64,000 nt of DNA. It comes from an uncultured Alphaproteobacteria bacterium (GTDB taxonomy: Bacteria > Pseudomonadota > Alphaproteobacteria > Rhizobiales > Hyphomicrobiaceae). How positions within the stretch are numbered: the first letter of the stretch is position 1; each line of letters starts with the position of its first letter. The notes under the pieces were generated by a model. It saw only the letters and a list, made by a program, of their open reading frames with translations, was not told the origin of the DNA and did not search any database. The stretch is from assembly GCA_963831175.1 (NCBI GenBank), contig CAWHOZ010000006.1, forward strand, positions 15,833 to 79,832, read 5' to 3'. This document shows, one piece after another, positions 31,612 through 42,674 of the stretch. Both the position numbers and the translations under genes were made by a program.

Positions 31612-32514
31612 TTAGGCGACTTTCTTCTTCATCGCGCCGAGGACGCCGGCAACGGTCGAGCCCATTTCGGAGGGCGTCGGGGCGATGGTGACGCCGCAGC
31701 CCTTGAGGATCTCGACCTTCTCCGGCGCGGACTCGCCGAACGCGGAGATGATGGCGCCCGCGTGGCCCATCTTGCGGCCCTTCGGAGCGGAGAGGCCGGC
31801 GATATAGGCAACCACCGGCTTCTTCATGTGGTCGCGGGCGTACTGGCCGCCCTCGGCCTCCTGCGGGCCACCGATCTCGCCGATCAACAGCACGGCGTCG
31901 GTCTCGGGATCGTTCTCGAAGTGCTCGAGGATGTCGCGGAACGACGAGCCGTTGATCGGGTCGCCGCCGATGCCGACCGAGGTCGACACGCCGATGCCGA
32001 GCGCCTTGAGCTGCGATGCGGCCTCGTAGCCGAGCGTGCCGGAGCGGCCGATGATGCCGATGCGACCGGGCAGATAGATGTGCCCGGGCATGATGCCCAG
32101 CATCGCCTTGCCCGGAGAGATGGTGCCGGCACAGTTGGGGCCGGTGAGAACCATGCGGTTCTCTTTCTTGTAACGCCGCATGTAGCGCTTAACGCGGATC
32201 ATGTCCTGCGCCGGGATGCCGTCGGTGATGCACACGCAGTATTTGATGCCGGCGTCGGCTGCTTCCATGATCGCGTCGGCCGCGAACGGAGGCGGGACGA
32301 ACACGATGCTGGCTTCCGCCGACGTCTCCTGCACGGCGCCCTTCACGGTGTTGAACACCGGGCGTCCGAGGTGCGTGGTGCCACCCTTGCCGGGGGTCAC
32401 GCCACCGACGACGTTGGTGCCGTAGTCGATCATTTCCTGGGCGTGGAAGGTGCCGATGCGCCCAGTGAAGCCCTGGATGAGGACCGGGGTATTCTCGTTG
32501 ATGAAAATGGCCAT
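31612..32514 (-). CDS. mtkB: Malate-CoA ligase (malate thiokinase) alpha subunit, SucD family
   Basis: QGFTG, GGVTPGKGG, GPNCAG, RSGTLGYE and MGHAGA; serine-cycle context. Confidence 0.93.
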   Translation of the reverse strand: MAIFINENTPVLIQGFTGRIGTFHAQEMIDYGTNVVGGVTPGKGGTTHLGRPVFNTVKGAVQETSAEASIVFVPPPFAADAIMEAADAGIKYCVCITDGIPAQDMIRVKRYMRRYKKENRMVLTGPNCAGTISPGKAMLGIMPGHIYLPGRIGIIGRSGTLGYEAASQLKALGIGVSTSVGIGGDPINGSSFRDILEHFENDPETDAVLLIGEIGGPQEAEGGQYARDHMKKPVVAYIAGLSAPKGRKMGHAGAIISAFGESAPEKVEILKGCGVTIAPTPSEMGSTVAGVLGAMKKKVA

Positions 32515-32528
32515 GTGAGCGATCTCCC

Positions 32529-33701
32529 TTAGTGAGCGGCGCTTTTTGCGGCAGCCACGGCTTTTTGCGCCGCTTCTGCCAGCGTTTCCGCGGTGATGAC
32601 GGTCAGGCCGCTCTCATCGAGAATGCGGCGTCCCTCTTCGACATTGGTGCCGGCGAGCCGGACCACGACGGGCATCTTGATGTTCAAGTCGGTGATGGCG
32701 TCGACGACGCCCTTGGCCACCCAGTCGCAACGGTTGATGCCGGCGAACACGTTCAGCAACAGCGCCTTGACCTTCCTGTCCTTCAACACCGCCTTGAACG
32801 ACTTGGCGACGCGCTCGGGAGAGGCACCACCGCCGATGTCGAGGAAGTTCGCAGGCTCGCCGCCGGCGAGCTTGATCATGTCTAGCGTCGCCATCGCGAG
32901 GCCGGCGCCGTTGACGACGCAGCCGATGTCGCCGTCGAGGCCGACGTAGGCAAGGCCGCGATCGGAAGCGTAAGTCTCGCGCGGGTCTTCCTGGCTCTTG
33001 TCACGCAGCTCGGCGATGTGCGGGCGGCGGAACAGCGCGTTGTCGTCGAACGACATCTTGGCGTCGAGCGCGAACAGGTTCTTGTCCTTCGTGATCACCA
33101 GCGGGTTGATCTCGACCATAGTGGCGTCGAGATCGCGGAAGGCGCGGTAGCAGGCGAGGATCGTGGGGACCAGCTTGTTGATGATCTCCGGGTCGACGCC
33201 GAGGCCGTAGGCCACTTCGCGCGCCTGGAACTGCTGCATGCCGACGGCCGGGTCGACCGAGACGCGAATGATCGTGTCGGGCTGCTTAGCCGAGATCTCT
33301 TCGATCTCCATGCCGCCGGCAGCCGAGGCAACGACCATGATGCGCTCGGTGGCGCGATCCATGACGAACGCCAGGTAGATCTCCTTGGCGATGTCGGTCG
33401 CTTCCTCGATGTAGAGGCGCGACACGAGCTTGCCGGCGGGTCCCGTCTGGTGCGTCGCCAGCTTCTTGCCGAGCATGGCCTCAGCGGCGCGCTCGATCTC
33501 GGTGTCGTTGGCGCACACCTTGATGCCGCCGGCCTTGCCGCGAGCGCCGGAGTGGATCTGCGCCTTGACGACCCATTTGTGGCCGCCGATCTCGGTGGCG
33601 CGATAGGTGGCCTGCTCGGGGCTGTAAGCGAGGCCGCCGCGCGGGATCGGCACGCCGAACTTCGAAAGAAGCTCTTTTGCCTGATACTCGTGGATATCCA
33701 T
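32529..33701 (-). CDS. mtkA: Malate-CoA ligase beta subunit, SucC family
   Basis: [38 protein letters not shown], and the Mtk-type FAGINRCDW. Confidence 0.93.
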   Translation of the reverse strand: MDIHEYQAKELLSKFGVPIPRGGLAYSPEQATYRATEIGGHKWVVKAQIHSGARGKAGGIKVCANDTEIERAAEAMLGKKLATHQTGPAGKLVSRLYIEEATDIAKEIYLAFVMDRATERIMVVASAAGGMEIEEISAKQPDTIIRVSVDPAVGMQQFQAREVAYGLGVDPEIINKLVPTILACYRAFRDLDATMVEINPLVITKDKNLFALDAKMSFDDNALFRRPHIAELRDKSQEDPRETYASDRGLAYVGLDGDIGCVVNGAGLAMATLDMIKLAGGEPANFLDIGGGASPERVAKSFKAVLKDRKVKALLLNVFAGINRCDWVAKGVVDAITDLNIKMPVVVRLAGTNVEEGRRILDESGLTVITAETLAEAAQKAVAAAKSAAH

Positions 33702-33729
33702 TTTCTTGGTTCCCTAGTAGTCGATTGTT

Positions 33730-34690
33730 TTAGGCGGCCTTGCGAGCGGCAGCCGAAGCTTTGATGGCGGCGGCGGTGGCGATGAGGTTCTTCGCCATCT
33801 TCTCGGAAGCGGCGTCGATCATCTTGCCGTCGAGCGAAGCGGCGCCCTTGCCTTGCGCCTCGGCTTCCTTGAGCGCCACGATGATGCGCTCGGCGCGCTC
33901 GACTTCCTTCGCCGTCGGCGAGAACACGTCGTTGGCGAGCTCGATCTGCGAGGGATGGATGGCCCACTTGCCCTCGATGCCGAGCGCGGCGGCGCGCTTG
34001 GCGCCTGCCGTGTAGCCGGCCGGGTCGGAGAAGTCGCCGAACGGACCGTCGATCGGGCGCAGGCCGTAGGCGCGGCAAGCAACCGTCATGCGCGACAGCG
34101 CGAAGTGCCACTGGTCACCCGGGTAGTCGGGATTGAGGCCGCCGATGACGACGGTGCGCGCCTTGTTGAAGGCGGCATAGTCGGCGACGCCGAAGTGCAT
34201 CGCCTCGAGGCGGCTCGGGGCCGCGGCGATGGCTTCGACGTTGGCCATGCCGAGCGGCGTCTCGATCAGCGCTTCCGTGGCGACCTTGTTCGTGAAGCCC
34301 TTGGCGACTTCGATCTGGCTGACGATGCATTCGACCGTGTAGACGTCGGCCGGCACCGCCAACCTTCGGAATGAGGATCGTGTCGAGCTTCGAGCCGGCC
34401 TGCTCCATGATGTCGACGACGTCGCGATACATGTAGTGCGTGTCGAGGCCGTTGATGCGCACGGAGACCGTCTTGCCGGCCGCCTTCCAGTCGATGTCGT
34501 TGAGCGCCTGGATGATGTTCTTGCGCGCCTGCTCCTTGTCGGGCGGAGCAACGGCGTCCTCGCAGTCGAGGAAGACGTAGTCGGCGGCGCTCTGCGCGGC
34601 CTTCTCGATCATGGTCGGGTTGGAACCCGGCACGGCAAGCTCGCTGCGCTGCAGGCGGGACTTGCGGAGGGGGTAAAGCGTGTAGCTCAT
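33730..34690 (-). CDS. mcl: L-malyl-CoA/beta-methylmalyl-CoA lyase (frameshift near 34355)
   Basis: RLQRSELAVPGSN, DCEDAVAP, VRINGLDTHYMYRDV, HFGVADY and GKWAIHPSQ. Confidence 0.95.
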
Positions 34691-34783
34691 CTAGGGCGTT
34701 CCTCTGGGCGGTTTTTGAGTTTCGGTTGATCGCGGTTTTGCACTCGTTGGCGCGCCGAACCGGTTCTTCTCGTTGCGTGACAG

Positions 34784-34811
34784 CAAAGCGGCGCCTGCTG
34801 AGGCGCCGCTT
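34784..34811 (-). terminator. Hairpin after sga (terminator or attenuating stem)
   Basis: AAGCGGCGCCT-gctg-AGGCGCCGCTT, followed by TTTG on the minus strand, 10 bp after the sga stop. Confidence 0.55.
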
Positions 34812-34820
34812 CTATTTCCT

Positions 34821-36036
34821 TTAGCTTGCAAGCTTCAGCTTCGGCTCCGGGCGGCTCGTTGCGGAAGCCATGGTCGTCGCACGGAAGTGCTCGACCGCCG
34901 CGCCGCTGCCCGAACCCGGGACGACGTCGACGCCGCAGTCGCGCAGCGCCATTTCGACGCCGAACAGCACGCCGCCGACCATGATCTCATCGAGCGCGCC
35001 GAGATGGCCGATGCGGAACACCTTGCCGGCGACCTTGTTGAGGCCGACGCCGAGCGAGAGGTTATAGCGATAGAAGGCCGTCTTCACGACCTGCGCGCTG
35101 TCGACGCCCTCGGGCACCAGGATGGCGCTGACCGTGTCGGAGTGCCACTTCGGCTCCTTTGCGCACAGCTTCAGGCCCCAAGCCGCGACCGCCTTGCGCA
35201 CGCCCTCGGCCAGACGGTTGTGGCGAGCGAAGACGTTGTCGAGGCCTTCGGCCTGCAGCAGGTCGAGCGAGGCGCGCAGGCCGCGCAGCAGCTGCGTTGC
35301 TGGCGTGTAGGGGAAGTAGCCGAGGTCGTTGTTCTTGATCATGTCCTCGAACGAGAAGTAGCAGCGCTCCATCTTCGAGGATTTGTTGGCTTCGAGCGCC
35401 TTGTTGCTGACGGCGAGGATGCCGAGGCCGGTTGGCAGCATGAAGCCTTTCTGCGAGCCCGACACGCAGCAGTCGACGCCCCACTCTTCCATGCGGAAGT
35501 CGATGCAGCCGACCGAGCTCGACGCCGTCGACGAACAACAGCGCGGGGTGCTTGGCATCGTTGAGCGCCTTGCGCACGCCGGCAACGTCGGAGGTGACGC
35601 CGGTCGCGGTCTCGTTGTGCGTGGCGAACACGGCCTTGATCTCGTGGTTCTTATCAGCGGCGAGGATCTCGGCGTACTTCTCGACCGGTACGCCCTTGCC
35701 CCAGTCCTCGTCGAGCACTTGCACGTTGAGGCCGAGACGCTGGGCCATGTCGACCCACAGCAGCGAGAACTGGCCGAAGCGGCTCATCAGAACCTTGTCG
35801 CCGCGGTTCAGCGTGTTGGAGATCGCCGACTCCCAGGCGCCAGAGCCGGACGAGGGGAACAGGAACACGCGGCCGTTGGTGAGCTTGAACGCCTTCTTCA
35901 CGTCCTCGAACAGCGGGAGCGTGAACTTGGGGAATTCCGGCGAGCGCATGTCTTCCATGCGGATGTCCATCGCCGAGCGGACGGCTTCGGGAATGTTAGT
36001 GGGGCCGGGAATGAACAGATGCGTCGTAACGAGCAT
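34821..36036 (-). CDS. sga: Serine-glyoxylate aminotransferase (frameshift near 35520)
   Basis: LFIPGPTNIP, GAWE, HNETATGV, SGSQKGFML (PLP lysine), FPYTP and FRIGHLG. Confidence 0.95.
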
Positions 36037-36224
36037 TGAAGTGCTTCCTCCGAATTGCCGTCTGATCTTGCGTTTCTATAGCCTGTGTTCGCTTCGCGCT
36101 CTTGCGCAGGTCCCGCCATCGCGCCCGGCGACGGGTCCGTTGTCTGTTGCTTGCGGCTGGGCGTGAAGCATCTATTTACGTTGATGCCTTCGCAACACCC
36201 GATCGGGCAGCCGCTGAACGCTGT

Positions 36225-36274
36225 CGGGTAGTGGTTCGACTGTGCTTGCGGGTAGTGCTTCCTACCCACCTACC
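36225..36274. promoter_or_regulatory. Cluster of GGTAG/CTACC half-sites upstream of sga (candidate operator)
   Basis: CGGGTAGTG at 36225 and 36249; GGGTAG-N6-CTACCC inverted pair at 36250-36267; another CCTACC at 36269. Confidence 0.45.
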
Positions 36275-36421
36275 AGACGCACGTGGCGGCACATTTCGTG
36301 GCCACTCTCGCGCGCAGTCGCCGCGCCGCTAACCCGCGGAAACATTAGCGGCTCTTCTCGTCCGTGCAATGTGCAAAAAAGCGCGCTCGCATTGTGCAGC
36401 GCGTCATTCGTCAGCGACATC

Positions 36422-37072
36422 TCAGCGCTGATCCATCGTCGTCTGCATGTACAGCGCGACGGCCATCGCGCGATTGCTGACGCCGAGCTTATCGTAGAGG
36501 TTCTTGAGGTGATACTTGACCGTGTTGCGCGAGATGCCGATGCGCGATGCGATCTGCAAATTCGTCCAGCCGTTGGCGAGCGCGGTGAGCAGCTCACGCT
36601 CGCGCGACGTCAGCTCGGCGAATGGATCTGTCGTCAGCGCCTGCAGGTCGATGTAGGGCAGCGACATGCGTCCGCGCGCGACGGCAGCGATGCTGTCGAC
36701 CAGCACCGATGGCTCATCGCTTTTCGAGATGAAACCCCAGGCGCCGAGCCGCACGGCTTGGCGCAGCACATCTTTGCCGGGCTCGCCCGTGTAGACGATG
36801 ATGCGCGTCGGCAGATGCCGCCGCTTCAACATCGCAAGAACCTCGCCCCCGTTCATGTCGGGCAGCGACCAGCCGATGATGCCGATATCCGTCGGGTGCT
36901 GCTCGACGCCGACAAGGAATGCAGAGCCGCTCGCGTGTGCATCGAGCACCTCGAAGCGCCCATCGCGCGAGATGATGTCGCGCAGGCCCGAGCGCACGAC
37001 CGGGCTCTTGTCCGCGATCATGACCCGAGGGCGTGCATCGCCCGGCGTGGATGGAGAGAGGAGGTCTGCCAT
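36422..37072 (-). CDS. NarL/LuxR-family response regulator with an atypical receiver domain
   Basis: Receiver-like VMIADKSP..DIGIIGWSLPDMNG..VYTG..GFISK; HTH LTSRERELL..GWTNLQIA..ISRNTVKYHLKNLYDKLGV. Confidence 0.9.
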   Translation of the reverse strand: MADLLSPSTPGDARPRVMIADKSPVVRSGLRDIISRDGRFEVLDAHASGSAFLVGVEQHPTDIGIIGWSLPDMNGGEVLAMLKRRHLPTRIIVYTGEPGKDVLRQAVRLGAWGFISKSDEPSVLVDSIAAVARGRMSLPYIDLQALTTDPFAELTSRERELLTALANGWTNLQIASRIGISRNTVKYHLKNLYDKLGVSNRAMAVALYMQTTMDQR

Positions 37073-37140
37073 TGCCTTATTGGTAGCAACGAATTTGAAG
37101 AAATGAGTCAAGAGCGGGCGGCAACGCGCAAGGCTTGCGT

Positions 37141-38097
37141 CTACACCTTGCCGCAGCTCTTCGCGTGAGCGGCGTCGGCGCAATCCTTGTGCTCGATCTC
37201 GACCGTCGCGTGCACGACGCCGAAGGCCTCCTTGAGGCGCGCTTTGATGGCAGCTGCAACTTGCTCCGGCGGTACGGTATCGCAGGTCAGCGCGTGCAGC
37301 GTCATGACCGGGCGGTTCTCGCTCAGTGACCAGGCGTGCACGTGATGCACGGACTGCACGTCGGCAACGTTCGCCTCGATGTCCTTCTGCACCTTGCGGA
37401 TGTCGATGCCGCTCGGAGCGCCTTCGAGCAGGATGTGTCCGGCGTCCTTGGTTATCAGCCACGCGCTGCGCAGGATGAGCAGCGTGATGAGGATCGATAG
37501 GATCGGGTCGATCGGCGTCCAGCCCGTCTGCAGGATGATCAGCGCTGCGGCTATCGCTGCCACTGAGCCGAGCAGATCGCTCATCACATGCAGCAGCGCG
37601 GCGCGCACGTTGAGATTGGCGCCGCCGCCGTGCCGCAGAATGAGCAGCGTCAGGACGTTCACGGTGAGGCCGACGGCGGCGATGGCGAGCATCGGTACGC
37701 CCAGCACTTCGACCGGCTGGAACATGCGCTCGATCGCCTCGTAGCAGATGATGGCCGAGATGAAGAACAGAGCGAGGCCATTGGCGAAGGCAGCCAGCAC
37801 CTCGAAGCGGTCGAAGCCGTAGGTGCGCTTCCAGTCGGCTGGCCGCCGGGCAACGCGCACCGCCAGGTAGGCCAGCGCGAGGGCAGCCGCGTCGGTCAGC
37901 ATATGGCCGGCGTCGGCCAGCAGGGCGAGCGACCCGGAGATGATGCCGCCGGCGGCTTCGGCGACGAGCGTCACCGTGGTCAGCACGCCCGCGAGCAGCA
38001 GGCGGCGCTCGTTCTGCGCGCCGCCGTCGTGGCTGTGCCCGTGTGAATGGCCGGGGCCATGGCTGTGACCGGGTCCGTGGCTGTGATCGTGTCTCAT
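37141..38097 (-). CDS. Cation diffusion facilitator (CzcD/ZitB-like) with a His-rich N-terminus
   Basis: HDHSHGPGHSHGPGHSHGHSH, SLALLADAGHMLTD, HVMSD, HHVHAW and HATVEIE. Confidence 0.95.
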   Translation of the reverse strand: MRHDHSHGPGHSHGPGHSHGHSHDGGAQNERRLLLAGVLTTVTLVAEAAGGIISGSLALLADAGHMLTDAAALALAYLAVRVARRPADWKRTYGFDRFEVLAAFANGLALFFISAIICYEAIERMFQPVEVLGVPMLAIAAVGLTVNVLTLLILRHGGGANLNVRAALLHVMSDLLGSVAAIAAALIILQTGWTPIDPILSILITLLILRSAWLITKDAGHILLEGAPSGIDIRKVQKDIEANVADVQSVHHVHAWSLSENRPVMTLHALTCDTVPPEQVAAAIKARLKEAFGVVHATVEIEHKDCADAAHAKSCGKV

Positions 38098-38249
38098 GCT
38101 CGCTCCTCGCCGATCACTATATCATCGATTGCGCGGGGCAATTTGGCAGGCAGCAACTATGGTGAGCCTGGGGCAAAGAGACCCTCGCCAATTCCTCCCA
38201 CGTCGACCGGTCGCGCGCCGCCCGACAACAACGCAAGAAGCGAAACGAA

Positions 38250-39203
38250 GTGTCACCAGCTACGCGCGACAGCCTGCGCTCTCTCGCCACGGCCCTGAGA
38301 CGAAGCGGCGACCCCGGTAGCCGCAATCATCCGCTGGCGGCACTGGTGCTGGTCACCACGTCGATGGCGCTTCTGGTCGGCATTGCCGCGGTCGCGCGCA
38401 GCGCGGCGCTGTCCGGCGTCGACCCGCTGCAGATCATGTTCTTCCGCAATTTCTTCTGCGTCGTGTTGATGCTGCCGCTGCTCTACCGCCGCGGCCGGTC
38501 GCTGGTGCGGACGAGCCAGCCAAGGCTCTACGGCTTTCGCGTCGCGGTCAGCTTCGTCGCGATGCTCACCTATTTCGAGGCACTGGCGCTTCTGCCCATG
38601 GCGGAGGTGACGGCGATCGGCTTCCTAGCGCCGCTGTTCGGCGCGCTGTTCGCCATCTTCCTCTTGGGCGAGCACGTCGGTGTGGATCGCTGGACGGCAC
38701 TGCTCGCCGGCTTCATTGGCGCCATGATCATGCTGCGCCCGGCGGGCACGGCGTTCGGCCTCGGGCAGGTCTCAGCGCTCATCTGGGCGATGGCCATGGG
38801 CCTCATCGGGCCGCTGGTGAAGCAGCTCACCGCGGCCGACGACGCAGACCGCATCGTGTTCATCACCAATCTCGTCTCGGTGCCGGTGTCGCTCGTCCCG
38901 GCGCTGTTCGTTTGGGCGTGGCCCCCGATGCATGTCTGGCCGCAGCTCGTCCTGCTCGGCGTTTTCGCGGTGCTCGGCCACATGACGCTGGTGCGCGGTT
39001 ACGCCATCAGCGACGCCTCGCTGGCCATGACCTTCAACTTCAGTCGGCTGCCGTTCTCGGTGCTTGTCGGCTACCTTGTCTTCGGCGAGTTGATCGACGG
39101 ATGGACGTGGATAGGCGCCATCGTCATTTTCGCCGCCGCAGCTTTCGTCACCCATCGCGAGGCAAAGCTCGCCCGCCAGAGGCATGTTAACGCTGCCGCC
39201 TAG
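38250..39203 (+). CDS. DMT/EamA-family transporter
   Basis: About ten TM helices; [32 protein letters not shown] and FGE; start uncertain. Confidence 0.88.
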   Translation: MSPATRDSLRSLATALRRSGDPGSRNHPLAALVLVTTSMALLVGIAAVARSAALSGVDPLQIMFFRNFFCVVLMLPLLYRRGRSLVRTSQPRLYGFRVAVSFVAMLTYFEALALLPMAEVTAIGFLAPLFGALFAIFLLGEHVGVDRWTALLAGFIGAMIMLRPAGTAFGLGQVSALIWAMAMGLIGPLVKQLTAADDADRIVFITNLVSVPVSLVPALFVWAWPPMHVWPQLVLLGVFAVLGHMTLVRGYAISDASLAMTFNFSRLPFSVLVGYLVFGELIDGWTWIGAIVIFAAAAFVTHREAKLARQRHVNAAA

Positions 39204-39348
39204 CTGCAGTGCGGCATTGGGGTCCGGCGAGCAGTCGACACTTGCGTGCGGCGTTCGAACCGCCAATATCGGCGGGAAATTTATGCCGGCTCAGGTGGTG
39301 CGGTCCACCCGCCGGCCAAGAAGAGCACTTTTGGGAGGAGCGAGACCC

Positions 39349-41025
39349 GTGACGATCAAGTCCGATATTGAGATTGCCCGCGCCGCAACGATGAAGCCGA
39401 TCGCCGAGGTGGCCGCCAAGGTCGGCATTCCGGCCGATGCGCTCGTTCCCTACGGCACCACCAAAGCCAAGGTTACTTTCAAACACATCGACAGTTTGGA
39501 GGGCGCCAAGGACGGCAAGCTCATTCTCGTCACCGCCATCAGCCCGACGCCGGCCGGCGAAGGCAAGACGACGACGACCGTCGGCCTCGGCGATGGCCTC
39601 AATCGCATCGGCAAGAAGGCGATGATGTGCCTGCGCGAGCCCTCGCTCGGCCCGTGCTTCGGCGTCAAGGGCGGCGCGGCCGGCGGCGGCTACGCCCAGG
39701 TCGTGCCGATGGAGGACATCAACCTCCACTTCACCGGCGACTTCCACGCCATCACGTCGGCGCACAACCTGCTGTCGGCGATGATCGACAATCACATCTA
39801 CTGGGGCAACAGCCTCGGCTTCGATACGCGCCGCGTCGCCTGGCGCCGCGTTCTCGACATGAACGATCGCGCGTTGCGCGAGATCGTCAACTCGCTCGGC
39901 GGCGTCTCGAACGGCTTCCCGCGCACGGACGGTTTCGACATCACCGTTGCCTCCGAGGTCATGGCCATCCTCTGCCTCTCGCTCGATCTCAAGGATCTGG
40001 AGCGCCGGCTCGGCAACATCATCATCGGCTACACGCGCGACAAGACGCCGATCCGCGCCCGCGAGCTGAAAGCCGACGGCGCCATGACGGTGCTGCTCAA
40101 GGACGCGCTGATGCCGAACCTCGTGCAGACGCTGGAGAACAACCCCGTATTCATCCACGGCGGTCCGTTCGCCAACATCGCGCATGGCTGCAACTCGGTG
40201 CTGGCGACCAAGTCGGCGCTGAAGCTCGCCGACTACGTGGTGACGGAGGCGGGCTTCGGCGCCGACCTCGGCGCCGAGAAGTTCTTCGACATCAAGTGCC
40301 GCAAGGCCGGCCTTGCGCCGGATGCGGCCGTCGTCGTCGCCACCGTGCGCGCGCTCAAGATGCACGGCGGCGTCTCCAAGGAGAACCTCAAGAACGAGAA
40401 CGTACTGGCGGTCAACAAGGGCTGCGAGAACCTCAAGCGGCACCTCGAGAACATGGCGAAGTTCGGCGTGCCGGTCGCCGTCGCCATCAACCGCTTCGTC
40501 ACCGACACCGATGCCGAGATGCAGGAAGTGATGAAAGCGGTCGAGAGCCTCGGCGTTAAGGCATTTGTGTGCACCCACTGGGCCGATGGCGGTGCCGGCA
40601 CCGAGCAGCTCGCCCATCACATCGTCGAGCTGGCGAATTCGGGACGCGCAGCCTTCAAGCCGCTCTACCCGGATGACATGTCGCTGCGCGACAAGGTCAA
40701 GACCATCGCCACGGAGATCTACCGCGCTTCCGACATTGCCTGCGATGCCTCCGTCGAAACGGCGTTCAAGGATCTCGAGGCCGGCGGCTTCGGCAAGTTG
40801 CCGGTGTGCATGGCGAAGACCCAGTACTCGTTCTCGACCGACCCCAACAAGCGCGGCGCGCCGACCGGCCATGTCGTTCCGGTGCGCGAGTTGCGGCTGT
40901 CGGCGGGCGCCGAGTTCGTCGTCGTCATCACCGGTGAGATCATGACCATGCCGGGCCTGCCGCGCGTGCCGGCGTCGGAGTCCATTCGCCTCAACTCCGA
41001 CGGTCAGATCGAGGGCCTGTTCTAA
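39349..41025 (+). CDS. fhs: Formate-tetrahydrofolate ligase
   Basis: [42 protein letters not shown] and MTMPGLP; GTG start with GGAGG RBS. Confidence 0.98.
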   Translation: MTIKSDIEIARAATMKPIAEVAAKVGIPADALVPYGTTKAKVTFKHIDSLEGAKDGKLILVTAISPTPAGEGKTTTTVGLGDGLNRIGKKAMMCLREPSLGPCFGVKGGAAGGGYAQVVPMEDINLHFTGDFHAITSAHNLLSAMIDNHIYWGNSLGFDTRRVAWRRVLDMNDRALREIVNSLGGVSNGFPRTDGFDITVASEVMAILCLSLDLKDLERRLGNIIIGYTRDKTPIRARELKADGAMTVLLKDALMPNLVQTLENNPVFIHGGPFANIAHGCNSVLATKSALKLADYVVTEAGFGADLGAEKFFDIKCRKAGLAPDAAVVVATVRALKMHGGVSKENLKNENVLAVNKGCENLKRHLENMAKFGVPVAVAINRFVTDTDAEMQEVMKAVESLGVKAFVCTHWADGGAGTEQLAHHIVELANSGRAAFKPLYPDDMSLRDKVKTIATEIYRASDIACDASVETAFKDLEAGGFGKLPVCMAKTQYSFSTDPNKRGAPTGHVVPVRELRLSAGAEFVVVITGEIMTMPGLPRVPASESIRLNSDGQIEGLF

Positions 41026-41108
41026 GGATCCGAGCGGCGAACCGACCGCATTCCTTTGCCGTTTCTCAAGGCATTTGCCCGCACATAAGGCAGCATTCAG
41101 CGTACGAT

Positions 41109-42627
41109 TTGCTGCCACTTCTCGCAGTTTGCGGGCATGATGCGACTTGGTCTGGGCAATTGGGGCGACATTTGCGGCAGGAACAGACGTCGATCAAAGC
41201 CGAGGCAGCACTGCGCAAGGCTTTTGATGAAATGAACGGCACCGGAGACGGTGTGCGCGTGCCCTATCAGGCTGTCTCCGAATGGCTCGGCACGCAGAAG
41301 CTCGACGATCTGAAGCAGAAGCTGCTCGAGGCGGAGACCATGTTCCGCCGCACCGGCATCACCTTCGCCGTCTACGGCAGCGATGAAGCGGCCGAGCGGC
41401 TCATCCCCTTCGACATCATCCCACGCATCATCGCGGCGGCCGAATGGCGCCGGCTAACGACTGGTATCGAGCAGCGCGTGCGGGCGCTCAACGCCTTCAT
41501 GTACGACATCTATCACCGCCAGGAGATCATCAAGGCGGGGAAGATCCCCGAGGAGCTGGTCGTCGCCAACTCGGCCTTCGTGCCCGAGATGATCGGCGTC
41601 GAGCCGCCGCTCGGCATCTACAGCCACATCATTGGCATCGACATCGTGCGCACCAGCGAGAACGACTTCTTCGTGCTGGAGGACAACACGCGCACACCCT
41701 CGGGCGTGTCCTACATGCTCGAGAACCGCGAAACGATGATGCACATGTTCCCGGACCTGTTCGCCAAGAATCGGGTGGCGCCGGTCGAGAATTATCCGGA
41801 GCATTTGCTTAAGACGCTGGAAAGCGTCGCGCCGCGCGGCCTCGATCGCGAGCCGACCATCGCGCTGCTCACGCCCGGCCAATACAACAGCGCCTACTTC
41901 GAGCACTCGTTCCTCGCCGACCAGATGGGCGTCGAGCTGGTCGAAGGCCACGACCTGACGGTCACGGACGGCGGCGCTGCAGATGAAGACGACGCAGGGC
42001 CTGCGCCAGATCGACGTCATCTACCGGCGCATCGACGACGACTTTTTGGATCCGCTCGTCTTCCGGCCGGATTCGGTGCTCGGCGTGCCCGGCCTCTTCG
42101 ATCTCTACCGCTCGGGCCGCGTGACCATCGTCAACGCCCCGGGAGGCGGTATCGCCGACGACAAGGCGATCTACAGCTACATCCCCGAGATCATAAAATT
42201 TTACACCGGCCGCGCGCCGATCCTGCAGAACGTGCCGACCTACAACTGCCGCAACCCCGACGAGTTCAAGTATGTGCTGGAGCACCTGCCGGAACTGGTC
42301 GTGAAGGAAGTGCACGGCTCGGGCGGCTACGGCATGCTGGTCGGCCCGACGGCGTCGAAGGCGGAGATCGAAGCCTTCCGCGGCAAGCTCGAAGCCAACC
42401 CCAACAACTACATCGCGCAGCCGACGCTGGCGCTTTCGACGTGCCCGACGCTTGTCGATGCTGGTGTCGCGCCCCGGCATCTCGACCTGCGGCCGTTCGT
42501 GCTGTTCGGTGACGAGGTACGGCTGACGTCCGGCGGCCTGACGCGCGTCGCACTGCGGGCCGGCTCGCTGGTGGTCAACTCGAGTCAGGGCGGCGGCACG
42601 AAGGACACATGGGTTCTTCAGGACTAA
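41109..42627 (+). CDS. Circularly permuted ATP-grasp type 2 protein (frameshift near 41970)
   Basis: [43 protein letters not shown] and [13 protein letters not shown]; true start is probably somewhat downstream of 41109. Confidence 0.92.
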
Positions 42628-42674
42628 GGTTCTCCAGGACTGACAATCAGCAAAGAGTGGGCGCAGCACATCGT

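Noticed and set aside
31612-33701. Calling these genes TCA-cycle sucCD
   Set aside because: Position between mcl and ppc and the FAGINRCD motif indicate malate thiokinase
38030-38095. 18-bp tandem repeat as a possible array
   Set aside because: It encodes the His-rich HGPGHS tail of the CDF transporter
39187-41118. 643-aa antisense ORF, and similar long shadow ORFs (19621-21306, 45186-46673, 57507-58811, 62209-63660)
   Set aside because: They mirror well-supported genes on the opposite strand, which is expected from high-GC codon bias; no recognisable motifs
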